Shown here: piece by piece, positions 8,384 to 19,295 of the stretch
How the letters are laid out: the number at the start of each line of letters is the position of its first letter
Numbering within the stretch: position 1 is the stretch's first letter
Assembly: GCA_963771075.1 (NCBI GenBank)
Contig: CAVYSE010000014.1
Coordinates: forward strand, 32,226 to 96,225
DNA from: a candidate division FCPU426 bacterium
Lineage (GTDB): Bacteria > Oederibacteriota > Muellerivitia > Muellerivitales > Muellerivitaceae
DNA: 64,000 bases
Direction of reading: 5' to 3'
The notes under the pieces: generated by a model
The model's database searches: none
Told to the model about the DNA's origin: nothing
The model's input: the letters and a program-made list of their open reading frames with translations, nothing else
Program-made: the position numbers and the translations under genes

Positions 8384-11300
8384 TTAATTTCGGATGACTA
8401 AAAGCGCGCCACTCAGTAATGTCGTATCCCCTTTACTGACCACATAATAATAAATGCCCCCGGAGACAATGGCACCATATTTATTTTGCCCGTACCATTG
8501 GATCAAACCGTTATTGTCCGCCGGCACGGCCACAACAAGCTCTCCGGACACGGTGTAAATCGATAAATCCGCCCCCAGAGGGGTTTGGTAAACCTTGAGG
8601 GTCCCGGCATGAGCGTACTTTGGATTAAAAGGATTGGGCCACAAGTGCAACCCAACGGGGGTGGAGGTGGGAGTAAATGTGTTCGTGGGGGTGTAAGTAA
8701 TTGTAGGAGTATTAGTTGCCGAAAGGGTGAACGTGACAGTAGGGGTGTGAGTAGGTGTTGGGCTAGTCGTGGGTGTCAAGCTGTAGGTAGGCGTGAAAGT
8801 CATGGTGCGGGTTGGCGCTGGTGTTGGAGTGGCGCAAGTCAACCCACAAGGCGCGAATTTTTGTACTGTATTCAGAGAAGCATCGCTTGCATACATGTTT
8901 CCGGTACTGTCAAAAGCCACTCGCTGTAGTTCTTCGAACTGCCCATTGCCGTTACCCGTGCCTCCAATCGAACCCTGGTAAACTCCGTTTGAATCAAAAA
9001 CCTGAATCGTATTCAGTGTCTGGTCCGAAACGTAAACCCATCCACAAGGTCCCACAGCCACTCCATCGGGATTCTCGAATTGTCCTGGCCCGCCCCCTTG
9101 AGTTCCCCATTGGGTCAGGTAAGTGCCGCTAGGGCTTAATTTTTGAATCCGGTGGTTGCCTAAATCAGCAACGTAAACATTTCCCGCGCCATCCACAGCA
9201 ACTTGAGCTGGATCGCTGAACTGTCCGTTCCCGGTTCCGGAACCAGTCCCACCCCAAGTGGCCAACCAAGTCCCGCTGGAATTAAACACCTGGATCCGGT
9301 TGTTAAAGGTATCCGCCGCATAAATGTTTCCTTGCGAATCCAACGCGAGCCCTTCCGGCTTGTTGAATTGGCCGTTACTGACACCGGAAGTCCCGAAAGT
9401 CAGAACCGTATTCCCTGATGAATTCAACACGACCACCCGGTTATTGAGTTGATCAGCCACATAAATATTTCCGTTTGAATCCACAGCCACATCGTTAGGA
9501 GCATCAAACTGACCCGCTCCCGCCCCGGCGGCAAGTCCGCCCCAGGTGGCCAACCAGTTTCCTAGTAAATCGAATTTCTGTAGTCGGTTGTTCGTATAAT
9601 CCGAAACATAGACCCAACTATTGATCGAATCCACCGCTATACCGACCAAATGTTGGAACTGGCCGTTGTTCGTTCCAGGGCCTCCCCATTGTCCGGAATA
9701 ACAAAACAGGGGAGTAGGTGTAAGCGTGGGTGTAATGGTCGATGTTTGGGTGGAGGTACTCGTGGCCGTGGGGGAAGCCGTCTGGGTCGGGGTATTGGTG
9801 GGGCCGCAAGGTCCGCTAATGCTCAACGTGACCTGATTAGAAGTAGTCACCGGAATAGAAGGCGAACCCATTGAGAACTGGTTCACAACTGGACCCGGGC
9901 AGGAAACGGTCCCCCACCATTGGATGGGCGTGTCAAATGAAAACATCGTGGCCGCGAACGCGGGCGGAACACTCGAGGAACTCCAAACAAGGGTTTGGGG
10001 ACTGGAACCGGCGACGGTATCTGTCAAATTCGATCCCACATAACTGACATATTGCGGGACCACATCGGTCACGGCAGCATCGACCACCGGGCCGGGACCG
10101 AAGATCTTCAAATTCGAATACCAATCCGTTCCAGCTGTTTCGTCGGCCTGCCAGCCAGCCCTCCAACCACCCGAACAAGTTGGCATTACAAAACCCGGAT
10201 CAACAGCCGGACTATCATAGAAGGTGACCGTATTCACGCTAGCCGGACTGTTTTTAGGCCAAAGAGAAACTATAAATGAGACTGCGCTGGCCCCGGGAGA
10301 AAACACAACTTGGGTTTTCATCGTATACCAGCCACCCTGGGTTACAGGAAACGTGAGGCTGTTGTCCGAGATGCTAGGCCAATACCCGTTTTTATAATCA
10401 TTATTAAATTGAACAAATAATTTTCCAGGGTCGGTGTCGAGTGAAATTCCGCCTTTAAAAGTAATTCCCTGGGCTGGGTTGGAGGCCATGATCATATGGG
10501 CATCCGCACCAGTACAAGTGTTTGATGATGGTATTTGTAAGTCACCTTCGACCGTCACATCACTGCAGATATCAAAACCCGGGGCATTGCGAATAAGAAC
10601 CGGATAATGGCCTACACCCCCGTTGCAAACGGTTAGGTTAGTGGATGCCATGATGTAATGATTTCCAAGACTGTCAGACCCTATGGTCCAAGACCCAAAA
10701 TCGGAAGGCACAATACCCGATCCAGTAACATAATCCGTCCCATCGAACCCCCAAGCGACCGTAGTTGGGCCAGAGGCAAACGGGACATTGGTTCCCGAGG
10801 AAATATAATCGTAGGTGTCATACAACTGGAGATTTTGTCCGGAAGCCGTCCAATCGAGAACATAAGTCACCGCACTCCCAGAAGCTAACGAGGAGGCGGA
10901 TTCGCTCTTTAGGAGAGTTAATTGCGGAACTTGTACCGTCAAGGTGACCGGATTGGAAACTTGCGAACCACTCTCATTGGTACTTCCAGTCGCCGTATTG
11001 ATGACGGCGGTACCATTTACGGTTCCAGTATTGACCGAAGCCAAAACCCAAACGGTTCCACTTATAGGTGTTGAAACAGAGCCGAAATTCCAAGTCACCA
11101 GATTACCCACGGCAGTGGTGCCGAGAGGACTATTGCTGGCCCCTTCGTAGGTTAGATTGGGGGGTAATTGATCAGTGAGAGTGCAATTGGTACTGTTGAC
11201 AAAATAATATTGAATGTCAAAAAGCGCGAGTCCATCGGGTGCTGCGGTCAAGGTTTCAATCGACTTCGATACGGTGAAACTAGGTGGAGGCAGAGGTACC

Positions 11301-11875
11301 GTAAAGGTAATGGAAGCCTGGGAAAAACTTAGCCCACAAGTTACGTAATCTTCTCTTGCGATTACAACCAAACTATAGGTGCCAGGACTGAGGTAATTGC
11401 CATCGATATAAATATTCCATACCGCAGTGACTGCATCCGTCGGACAGGCAGGCGTGCCATTATTCGAATAGGTTGGATAAATGGGCGGGCCTTTAACCCC
11501 TTGTGGGCTTCCACTCCCCAAATCATAGGTACCGGGACCTGTCGCGATTCCCCCGGAAACCGTAATGGCAGAATCCACGACGAAATATTGATTGGGGGTC
11601 GTATTACAACTCGTTATATTGGTTTGCGTGCCCCCAATAATTGCGGCCATTAATTCGACCCTATTGGAAGCCCAAGTTGTATCATCGCAAAAAGTCACTG
11701 TTACTGACATGCTGGTTCCCGGAGAGGGATTCGAATTTGAGATTCCTAAGATGGCGAGATCTTGGGGGTCTGCCCAAACCTTTTGGTTGAACGAAAATAT
11801 CACAAGAACCATAAAGAAAAGCGGATAAGAGGAAATGGATTTTATTGATTTATAGGCTAAAAGGGGCATGCCCAA
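8384..11875 (-). CDS. Secreted modular protein: Cys-rich N-domain, DUF11 domains, lectin-like insert, NHL beta-propeller, T9SS-like CTD
   Basis: Signal peptide; repeated P-x-G-v-A-V-D-s-x-G-N-i-Y-V-A-D NHL units; TPT linkers; C-terminal WPNPF..IYTVSGELV..SGGIYYY..LLVIRN. Confidence 0.85.
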   Translation of the reverse strand: MGMPLLAYKSIKSISSYPLFFMVLVIFSFNQKVWADPQDLAILGISNSNPSPGTSMSVTVTFCDDTTWASNRVELMAAIIGGTQTNITSCNTTPNQYFVVDSAITVSGGIATGPGTYDLGSGSPQGVKGPPIYPTYSNNGTPACPTDAVTAVWNIYIDGNYLSPGTYSLVVIAREDYVTCGLSFSQASITFTVPLPPPSFTVSKSIETLTAAPDGLALFDIQYYFVNSTNCTLTDQLPPNLTYEGASNSPLGTTAVGNLVTWNFGSVSTPISGTVWVLASVNTGTVNGTAVINTATGSTNESGSQVSNPVTLTVQVPQLTLLKSESASSLASGSAVTYVLDWTASGQNLQLYDTYDYISSGTNVPFASGPTTVAWGFDGTDYVTGSGIVPSDFGSWTIGSDSLGNHYIMASTNLTVCNGGVGHYPVLIRNAPGFDICSDVTVEGDLQIPSSNTCTGADAHMIMASNPAQGITFKGGISLDTDPGKLFVQFNNDYKNGYWPSISDNSLTFPVTQGGWYTMKTQVVFSPGASAVSFIVSLWPKNSPASVNTVTFYDSPAVDPGFVMPTCSGGWRAGWQADETAGTDWYSNLKIFGPGPVVDAAVTDVVPQYVSYVGSNLTDTVAGSSPQTLVWSSSSVPPAFAATMFSFDTPIQWWGTVSCPGPVVNQFSMGSPSIPVTTSNQVTLSISGPCGPTNTPTQTASPTATSTSTQTSTITPTLTPTPLFCYSGQWGGPGTNNGQFQHLVGIAVDSINSWVYVSDYTNNRLQKFDLLGNWLATWGGLAAGAGAGQFDAPNDVAVDSNGNIYVADQLNNRVVVLNSSGNTVLTFGTSGVSNGQFNKPEGLALDSQGNIYAADTFNNRIQVFNSSGTWLATWGGTGSGTGNGQFSDPAQVAVDGAGNVYVADLGNHRIQKLSPSGTYLTQWGTQGGGPGQFENPDGVAVGPCGWVYVSDQTLNTIQVFDSNGVYQGSIGGTGNGNGQFEELQRVAFDSTGNMYASDASLNTVQKFAPCGLTCATPTPAPTRTMTFTPTYSLTPTTSPTPTHTPTVTFTLSATNTPTITYTPTNTFTPTSTPVGLHLWPNPFNPKYAHAGTLKVYQTPLGADLSIYTVSGELVVAVPADNNGLIQWYGQNKYGAIVSGGIYYYVVSKGDTTLLSGALLVIRN

Positions 11876-12020
11876 CCTGTTTAAAATCGATTTACTTTAG
11901 GGTTAAAGCAAAAAGCATAAGCAAATTCTAACATGATTTTACGAAAAGTTTACGAAAGCATGGATTTTTTATCAGGCAAAAGTCATTAGAAATAAACGCT
12001 TTCAAGAAAACCAGATTGTC

Positions 12021-13397
12021 TCAATGACTCGATGAGACCAGGAACTTTCCCGCCTGGAGAACCTGGTTAGCGGATTGAACAGTATAGAAATAGATACCGC
12101 TAGAGACGGGTAATCCAAATCGGTTCCTTCCATTCCACTGGGCCAACCCTCCTATTTCGTTAACTCGCTGGACCAATTCCCCCGAAACGGTATAGATCGA
12201 AACCTGCCCACCTTGAGGTATACAGCTGATTTTGAGGGTTCCGTTATAGGCAAAAACGGGGTTATAGGGGTCGGGCCAGAGGTTGATCACGCAGGTGGGG
12301 GTGGGTGACAAGGTCCAAGTGGGGGATAGGGTGACGGTAAAGGTTTGGGTCGGGGTGTAGGTTTGGGTAGGTGTATAGGTTTGGGTGATCGTGGGGGTTT
12401 GAGTGGGTGTGCAGGTATCTCCCGGCCAACCACAAGGCGTGGGAGTATAAGTGATGGTGGGTGTTACCGTGGGGGTACAGGTAAGGCCTCCCCCGCTAAA
12501 ACATGGAACGGGGGTAACGTTGGATACCGATCCCGAGCTATTCCAGGCCACTTTATCAATGTATCCATAGCAAAAATGCCCGCCCCCGTCGCAATCATAA
12601 GCCGTATAGTTGATTGTGACTTGCTGTCCGACATAAGCGCTTAAATCATAGGCGAATTGAGTCCAGGGCATATGGGCATAGGTTATGGGGTAATTACTTG
12701 TCTCGGAATATTCTATGACCGTACCGTCATAAATCAAAGTTACGGGATATATGGGTGGGTTAAGGGGAGGAACATTGAGCCCGGTCACATTAGGAGGGGG
12801 AAAATCCTCATACCAACTAAATGGCTGGGAATAAACAGTTTGGCCTCCCACCTGGATATTGAATTGAACATAAGCATCGTATGAAACATCCGGCGAAAGA
12901 ATAGTTACGCTATACATATAATGGAAACCTTCAATAACCGCCGCGAGATTAACGGTTAAAACTGGTTGGGCGATAGGAACAGTGTCGGATTGAGAGATGC
13001 TAGCCCAATCACCATGATTTATATCCCACCATCCCGAATAAACCTGGGCCGAATAACCTCCTGCATCGACCTCGTTAAGGCAAATGGTCGCCGGGGACTG
13101 GCATAAGCTTGGGTTTCCGAATGAAGTCCCAACGGTATCCGACGCAGCTCCCGGCTGGACGACATTAATAGAAGGCGGAGATATGCACGAGACACAGTTG
13201 GATGCGGTCGTCCAACCCGCTGTATTCCCAGTCTCAAAACCCGCGTTCGTCCAAGCCCACAGGCTCCCGGGCAAGGCCAACATGAGAAACAATATCCATC
13301 CCACCAGCGGGCGAGGCCGGAAAGGCCCAGGCAGGATAGTGAAACAAACCATTGGGAGATTTTCCCTTTTAAGCGGGGACGGTTTCATTGGCGTCAT
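12021..13397 (-). CDS. Secreted protein with NAGFETG-type beta-sandwich domain, TPT linker and T9SS-like CTD
   Basis: Hydrophobic signal ending SLWA; C-terminal WPDPY..IYTVSGELV..WNGRN..VSSGIYFY..GKFLV. Confidence 0.8.
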   Translation of the reverse strand: MTPMKPSPLKRENLPMVCFTILPGPFRPRPLVGWILFLMLALPGSLWAWTNAGFETGNTAGWTTASNCVSCISPPSINVVQPGAASDTVGTSFGNPSLCQSPATICLNEVDAGGYSAQVYSGWWDINHGDWASISQSDTVPIAQPVLTVNLAAVIEGFHYMYSVTILSPDVSYDAYVQFNIQVGGQTVYSQPFSWYEDFPPPNVTGLNVPPLNPPIYPVTLIYDGTVIEYSETSNYPITYAHMPWTQFAYDLSAYVGQQVTINYTAYDCDGGGHFCYGYIDKVAWNSSGSVSNVTPVPCFSGGGLTCTPTVTPTITYTPTPCGWPGDTCTPTQTPTITQTYTPTQTYTPTQTFTVTLSPTWTLSPTPTCVINLWPDPYNPVFAYNGTLKISCIPQGGQVSIYTVSGELVQRVNEIGGLAQWNGRNRFGLPVSSGIYFYTVQSANQVLQAGKFLVSSSH

Positions 13398-13454
13398 ATA
13401 AATTTCAAGGATTATAACGCAGAGACGTTGGTTAAATGACCTTCCCCCAAAAAC

Positions 13455-13486
13455 AAAAAAGCCCCGTCCTTTCGGGCGGGGCTTTT
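13455..13486 (-). terminator. Intrinsic terminator of glnA
   Basis: Minus strand AAAAGCCCCGCCCG-AA-AGGACGGGGCTTTTTT just after the stop codon. Confidence 0.85.
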
Positions 13487-13498
13487 GGACCTAAAACC

Positions 13499-14914
13499 TT
13501 AAATATCGTGATAAAGCACGAACTCGTAGGGGTGCGGACGCAAGCGAATGGCATCCACTTCCTTCGTCCGCTTGTAGTTGATCCATTCCTCGATCAAGTC
13601 CTCGGTGAAGACCCCGCCCTTCAACAGGTACTCGTGGTCGTCTTCCAGGGCTTCCAATGCCTCCGGCAAGGAGGAGGGAACGCTCTTGATCTTCTTGAGT
13701 TCGCGTCCTTCCAGCTCGTAAAGGTTCATGTCATGCGGCTTGCCCGGATCGATCTTGTTCTGGATCCCATCCAAGCCCGCCATCAACATTGCGGAGAAGG
13801 CCAGGTAGGGGTTGCAGGACGGGTCTGGCGTGCGGAACTCGACGCGCTTGGCCTTCGCGCTCTTGGAGTAGAGCGGGATACGGCAGCAGGCCGAGCGGTT
13901 TCGCTGGCTGTACACCAGGTTCACCGGAGCCTCAAAGCCGGGGGTCAAACGCTTGTAGCTGTTCACCGTGGGGGTGATGATCGCGCAAAGCGACGGCGCG
14001 TGCTTCAACAAACCACCGATGTAATAGAGGGCATTCTGTGACAATCCGCCGTAGCCCTTCTCGTCGAACATGATGTTGGTGCTGCCCTTCCACAGAGACT
14101 GGTGGACATGCATGCCCGAGCCGTTGTCCCCGAAGAGGGGCTTGGGCATGAAGGTGGCCACCATGTTGTGGCGGCGGGCCACGTTCTTGACCACATACTT
14201 GTACTTCATGAGCTTGTCGGCCATGGTCACCAGGGTGTCGAACACCATGTCGATTTCGGCCTGTCCGCCGGTGGCGACCTCGTGATGGTGAGTCTCGATC
14301 TGGATGCCGATCTCCTGCATGAGGGTGGTCATCTCGGAGCGGATGTCCATCTGGCTGTCGGTCGGCGGAACGGGGAAGTAACCTTCCTTATTGCGAACCT
14401 TGTAGGCCAGGTTGGGATACTCGTCACGGCCGGTGTTCCACAAGCCTTCCGTGGAATCCACGGAATAGAAGCCGCCGTTCATGGTCTGGTCGAACTTCAT
14501 GTCGTTGAAAATAAAGAATTCGGCTTCCGGGCCCCAGTAGGAGATGTCGGCGATGCCGGTGGACTTCAGGTAATTTTCGGCTTTTTGCGCCACATACCGG
14601 GGGTCGCGGGAGTAGGATTCACGGGTGACGGGATCGATCGCGTTACAGGTCAGGACCAAAGTGGTTGCCTCAAAGAAGGGATCGATGAAAGCGGAATTAG
14701 GATCAGGAATCAAGAGCATATCGGACTCGTTAATGGCCTGGAACCCGCGGATGGAGGAACCATCAAAACCCTTCCCATCCTTGAAAACGTCCTCGTCAAA
14801 AAATTTCACGGGCGAGGTGGTGTGCTGCCAAATACCGGGAAGGTCCATGAAACGGAAATCGACGTATTTCACGTCCTTCTGTTTGATCAAATCCATGACT
14901 TCCTTGGGAGTCAT
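13499..14914 (-). CDS. glnA: Glutamine synthetase type I
   Basis: [48 protein letters not shown] motifs; adenylylation-loop Tyr (NLYE). Confidence 0.98.
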   Translation of the reverse strand: MTPKEVMDLIKQKDVKYVDFRFMDLPGIWQHTTSPVKFFDEDVFKDGKGFDGSSIRGFQAINESDMLLIPDPNSAFIDPFFEATTLVLTCNAIDPVTRESYSRDPRYVAQKAENYLKSTGIADISYWGPEAEFFIFNDMKFDQTMNGGFYSVDSTEGLWNTGRDEYPNLAYKVRNKEGYFPVPPTDSQMDIRSEMTTLMQEIGIQIETHHHEVATGGQAEIDMVFDTLVTMADKLMKYKYVVKNVARRHNMVATFMPKPLFGDNGSGMHVHQSLWKGSTNIMFDEKGYGGLSQNALYYIGGLLKHAPSLCAIITPTVNSYKRLTPGFEAPVNLVYSQRNRSACCRIPLYSKSAKAKRVEFRTPDPSCNPYLAFSAMLMAGLDGIQNKIDPGKPHDMNLYELEGRELKKIKSVPSSLPEALEALEDDHEYLLKGGVFTEDLIEEWINYKRTKEVDAIRLRPHPYEFVLYHDI

Positions 14915-15045
14915 ATTGTTTCCTCCTATCGAAATTGAGAGCGTGGGTGGGAAAGCGTGGAAAAGCGTTGATCATTGGGACACGAAAACGCGAGCAGTCT
15001 ACCATTCCGAGTCCATCCCCAACACTCCATTGCGCCGTTATTTAG

Positions 15046-15061
15046 AGCAAAAGTCCTGCCA
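15046..15061 (-). promoter_or_regulatory. Sigma54 (-24/-12) promoter of glnA
   Basis: Minus strand TGGCAGGACTTTTGCT (GG-N10-GC). Confidence 0.85.
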
Positions 15062-15190
15062 GAGTAAGGGGAATCAACTTTACCGTTTCGTTTATGTTTA
15101 AAAAAACACTTTTTCCGTTATTATTTTGTGGGTTTTCATCACTGGCCTTTTAAATAACCACGATGAAAAAAACCTTAGCGATAGAGAGGT

Positions 15191-16786
15191 TTACGACAAA
15201 AAAGTAGGCTTATAGCCAATTTTGTATTTTTTTAATTTATAACCCAATTGCCGGGGAGTGATGCCTAAGAGCTTGCAAGCCCGGCTTTGAATCCCCCCGC
15301 TTTTTTCCATCGCCTCCATGACCTTGCGCTTTTCCAGGTCCGTTAAGGTCATGTTGTCACTGGTCCTTAAGTAATGACCTTCACCCTCGGCGTTGAATTC
15401 TCCCGCCGCATTTCGGTGGATTTCGCCCAAGGTCAAGGGAACCCCATCCAAGGTCAATTCGTTTCCTTTGGCCATCACCGCCAGCCTTTCGATTGTATTT
15501 TCCAATTCCCTGACGTTGCCCGGCCAGGAATGATTGATCAAGGTTTGGGTGGTTTCGGGATGCATGCGGTAACGGGTTTGATTTTCCCGGTTGTATTTGG
15601 CAAGGAAAAAATTGAGCAGCAGGGGCACATCCTCCTTCCGCTGACGCAAGGGGGGGAGAAAAACAGGAACCACATTCAGCCGATAATAAAGGTCCTCCCG
15701 GAATTTCCCTTCCCCGATTGCTTTTTCCAGGTTGCGGTTGGTCGCGGCGATGACTCGGACATCGACGGAAAGGGTCCGGGTCCCGCCCACCCGTTCAAAC
15801 TTTCTTTCCTGCAGGACCCGCAACAACTTGACTTGGGTGGCGAGGGAAATATCCCCGATCTCATCGAGAAAAAGCGTTCCCTGATCCGCCAGCTCAAACC
15901 GCCCTTTTACCATCTCGGTCGCCCCGGTATAACTTCCCTTCTCATGGCCGAACAGTTCGCTCTCCAGGAGGTTTTCCGGCAAGGCCGCGCAGGAAACCTT
16001 GATGAAGGGTTTATCCGAACGCGGGCTGTTGTAATGGATGGCCCGGGCGATGAGCTCTTTGCCCGTGCCCGACTCCCCCCGAATAATGACCGTGGAACGG
16101 GTGGGGGCCACTTTCAAAACGCTTTTATAGATATCCACCATCGACTTGGACTCGCCGACGATATTCTCCAATCGAAAACGGCTCTTGAGCTCGGTTTGAA
16201 GCTCTAACTTTTCCTGAATCAGCGTCTCTTTGTCCTTCTCAATCATCTGGTGCAGTTTCAAATTCTGCCCGATGAGCGATGCCACGATTGTCAGGAGACG
16301 CACATCTTCGCCGAAGGAAATGTCCGCGTCCTTGAACAGGCGATCCACCGAGAGGACCCCCAGCGTTTCGCCCTTGATCTTGATGGGCACGCAGAAAAAG
16401 GAGATATTCTGTCTTTTGAAATCGCCGCGGGAACGGGTGCGGTTCAAAAACAGGGGTTCTTTGCCGATATCGGGGATAAACATGGCCTCCCCCTTTTCCA
16501 CCACCTTGCCGGTAACTCCTTCCCCGATCTTGTATTTCCCCCGCTCGATCTCGTCCCGGGTGAGCCCGTGGGCCGACACGATAGAGAGTTGGTTGGTTTT
16601 GGGATCCAACAAAGTCACCGTCCCACGGTTCATGTCCAGGTGCCGTGAGAGGACGTCCAAAATCCCATTGAGGCTGTTCTTGAAGTCCAGGGTCGAGGCC
16701 ATCAGATGGGTGATCTCATAGAGGGCCGTCAGTTCCTGAATTTTCCGCAAAAGCTTTTTTTGGTTTTCCTTGTTGAGGTCGTTCAT
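15191..16786 (-). CDS. NifA-like sigma54 enhancer-binding protein (GAF, AAA+, Fis-HTH)
   Basis: GAF with [44 protein letters not shown]-terminal HTH. Confidence 0.92.
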   Translation of the reverse strand: MNDLNKENQKKLLRKIQELTALYEITHLMASTLDFKNSLNGILDVLSRHLDMNRGTVTLLDPKTNQLSIVSAHGLTRDEIERGKYKIGEGVTGKVVEKGEAMFIPDIGKEPLFLNRTRSRGDFKRQNISFFCVPIKIKGETLGVLSVDRLFKDADISFGEDVRLLTIVASLIGQNLKLHQMIEKDKETLIQEKLELQTELKSRFRLENIVGESKSMVDIYKSVLKVAPTRSTVIIRGESGTGKELIARAIHYNSPRSDKPFIKVSCAALPENLLESELFGHEKGSYTGATEMVKGRFELADQGTLFLDEIGDISLATQVKLLRVLQERKFERVGGTRTLSVDVRVIAATNRNLEKAIGEGKFREDLYYRLNVVPVFLPPLRQRKEDVPLLLNFFLAKYNRENQTRYRMHPETTQTLINHSWPGNVRELENTIERLAVMAKGNELTLDGVPLTLGEIHRNAAGEFNAEGEGHYLRTSDNMTLTDLEKRKVMEAMEKSGGIQSRACKLLGITPRQLGYKLKKYKIGYKPTFLS

Positions 16787-16964
16787 CTTTTCCCATTTCG
16801 ATCGATATTACAAAATAGATAAGCTTAATCATTTGTGCATAATTCTACATATTTGTCAATCATAGCGAATATCTTTGATTCTCGAACACTTTCCCTCCAA
16901 TAAAACCGTCTTAATTTCAACGGTTATTCGCGTAACCTTTTTTTTCATGATATAAAGGCCCATC

Positions 16965-18239
16965 GTGATCCAAAAACAACTCTCCCTTTTAATCCTTTCC
17001 TGTTTAATAACCTTGCCCGCACTGGGTCAAAAAGCCATGACCTTCCAAGAATGCGTCACGGAAGCAGCCACCCATAATTTGGATCTTTTGACGGCCGAGC
17101 AAACGGTTAAAGCCGACGAGGCTTCCCACACCGCGAGCTTGGGCCAGTTTTTTCCTCAAATTAGCTTCAACGCATCCATAAACCGCTCGGGCCCGGGGGG
17201 CCTGACCGACACATTCAACAACCCCGATTTCGGGCAAAATTCCAGCCTCTCCCTGAACGCCACGCAGAACATCTTCTCAGGTTTTAAGGATTTCGCGGCG
17301 GTGGACGAGGCCAACGCCCAATTGGATTTGGCCCGGGCCCAACTCGCCCAAGCCAAGGCCCAGGTATCGCACGATTTAAAAAACGATTTCTATCAATTGC
17401 TCTACTCCCAAAAACAAATCAACCTCTTAAAGACAATCGTTCAAAGACAAAAGGCGAATATGGATCTTGTGGAAATGAACTTTAAGGGCGGGACGGATAA
17501 CAAAGGCTCTTTTCTCCAGGCCCAAGCGGATTATCAGGAGGCGATCTTCGAGGTGGACCAAGCTCAGCGAAGCTTAAGGGTTTCCCAAAAGCAGTTGGAC
17601 CAAGTTTTAGGCCGGAGTCCCATGGAGAAAATCGAAGTTCAGGGCAATTTCGAAACCCCGGCCCTTCCCGGGGGGACTCCCGATTTCGCCCAATTGACCG
17701 TCGGTTCCCCCGCCCATTTGCAAGCCGTGGCCCAACTCCACATGTCGGAGGGGCAGGACACCACCGCGCGGGGCGCTTTGCTGCCGACCCTTTCCGCCAA
17801 TGCGTCCCTTTTCCGGAGCGGCTGGAATTTTGACCAGGGCCAGCCGGGGTGGTCGGCGGGTTTGGAACTGAGCATGCCACTTTTCACGGGAGGCAAAGAC
17901 CTCTTCAACTGGATCGCGGCCGGGGAAACCCTCCAAGCAACACGGGATAGCCTTCAAAGCCAGGATTTAAAAACGGAAAGTTTGTTGGAAAGTGGTTACG
18001 CTTCCTTCGCCAACGCCATCGAACAAATCCATGTATTGGAATCCCAGCTTAAAGCCGTTCAAACCCAGGAAGAAATCGCCAAAGCGGAGTATCTAAACGG
18101 CCTCTTGATATTCGTAAACTGGAACCAAATCGAGGACAACCTGACGAACCAGCAAAAAGCGGAACTTTCAGGCCTCTTAAGCGAAAAGACAGCTGAAGCC
18201 AATTGGGAGCTGGCGCAAGGAAAGGGAGTGATTCCATGA
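16965..18239 (+). CDS. TolC-family outer-membrane efflux protein
   Basis: Signal peptide, duplicated OEP pattern (FPQISF..NIFSG / LPTLSA..PLFTG); first gene of an efflux operon. Confidence 0.85.
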   Translation: MIQKQLSLLILSCLITLPALGQKAMTFQECVTEAATHNLDLLTAEQTVKADEASHTASLGQFFPQISFNASINRSGPGGLTDTFNNPDFGQNSSLSLNATQNIFSGFKDFAAVDEANAQLDLARAQLAQAKAQVSHDLKNDFYQLLYSQKQINLLKTIVQRQKANMDLVEMNFKGGTDNKGSFLQAQADYQEAIFEVDQAQRSLRVSQKQLDQVLGRSPMEKIEVQGNFETPALPGGTPDFAQLTVGSPAHLQAVAQLHMSEGQDTTARGALLPTLSANASLFRSGWNFDQGQPGWSAGLELSMPLFTGGKDLFNWIAAGETLQATRDSLQSQDLKTESLLESGYASFANAIEQIHVLESQLKAVQTQEEIAKAEYLNGLLIFVNWNQIEDNLTNQQKAELSGLLSEKTAEANWELAQGKGVIP

Positions 18240-19243
18240 AAAAATATTCGACTATCCTTCTCATCATCCTGACGACTTCGATTTTTATCACGCTTTGCGG
18301 ATGTTCGGGAAATAAAAAAGGACAGGGTGCCGCCTACCGGCCCGTACCAGTGGTCCGCGATGACCTGCAAATAACCGTTTTGGCCACGGGCAATGTCCAA
18401 CCCAATAATCAATTGGTCATTTACCCCCCCATCTCGGGGCGCATTGAAAAGATATTGGTTCGAGAGGGGGATATTGTTCAAAATGGGCAAAAGCTCATGG
18501 AATTAAGTTCAACCGAACGGGCCACTTTATTGGATGAGGCTGCCGCCCAGGGCCCGGCCGTTTTGGCTCATTGGCAAAAACTATATGAGGAAACACCCCT
18601 TCTTTCCCCGGAAACGGGCCAAGTTGTCTATCTTCCGACGGTTCAAGGACAAATTCTAACCACCGGTACCGAATTGATGGTCATGTCAGACCATTTAATC
18701 GTCAATACCCAGGTGGATGAAACCGATTTGGCTCAAGTAAAAATGAATCAGGTAGCCACGATCACGTTGGACGCTTATTCTGACAAGCCGATCAGTGGTA
18801 AAGTACGGCGTATTTCATACCAATCCACATTGGTCAATAACGTCACAACCTATGAAGTGGATGTTTGGCCGGATGAAGTTCCCGCATTCATGCGAAGCGG
18901 CATGACCGCGAACGTGGTTTTCAATGTCAGTGAAAAAGACAATATCCTTTTGATTCCAAGCGAGGTCATCCAGCAAACCATGGATGGGCAGTCCTTCGTC
19001 CTGAAATCGGGCGCTTCTAGGAATGACAAGCCCCAAACCGTAACCATCCAAACCGGCATCACCGACGGCAAGCAAACAGAAGTTCTTTCCGGCTTGAACG
19101 AGGGAGATAAGGTTCTAGTTAAGACCTTCTCGGCGGGCCAACTTTCCGCGCAAAATTCGGGAACCAACCCCTTCATGCCCGGCCGGCCTGGGGCGAACGG
19201 AAGCGGATCCCGACCCGCCGCCGGCGGGGGCGGAGGAAAATAG
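18236..19243 (+). CDS. MacA-like efflux periplasmic adaptor (lipoprotein)
   Basis: ATG at 18236 overlaps the tolC stop; lipobox-like LCGC; ISGRIEKILVREGD, VDETDL..V..Q, GMTA, SGLNEGD. Confidence 0.88.
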   Translation: MKKYSTILLIILTTSIFITLCGCSGNKKGQGAAYRPVPVVRDDLQITVLATGNVQPNNQLVIYPPISGRIEKILVREGDIVQNGQKLMELSSTERATLLDEAAAQGPAVLAHWQKLYEETPLLSPETGQVVYLPTVQGQILTTGTELMVMSDHLIVNTQVDETDLAQVKMNQVATITLDAYSDKPISGKVRRISYQSTLVNNVTTYEVDVWPDEVPAFMRSGMTANVVFNVSEKDNILLIPSEVIQQTMDGQSFVLKSGASRNDKPQTVTIQTGITDGKQTEVLSGLNEGDKVLVKTFSAGQLSAQNSGTNPFMPGRPGANGSGSRPAAGGGGGK

Positions 19244-19295
19244 CCAAACCATCCTGGCATGAACCGATTGGGCCGTTTTGATTGAAATTTAGTGT

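Noticed and set aside
15191..16786. Evidence for nitrogen fixation from the NifA-like gene
   Set aside because: No nif structural genes in the window; the context points to glnA regulation
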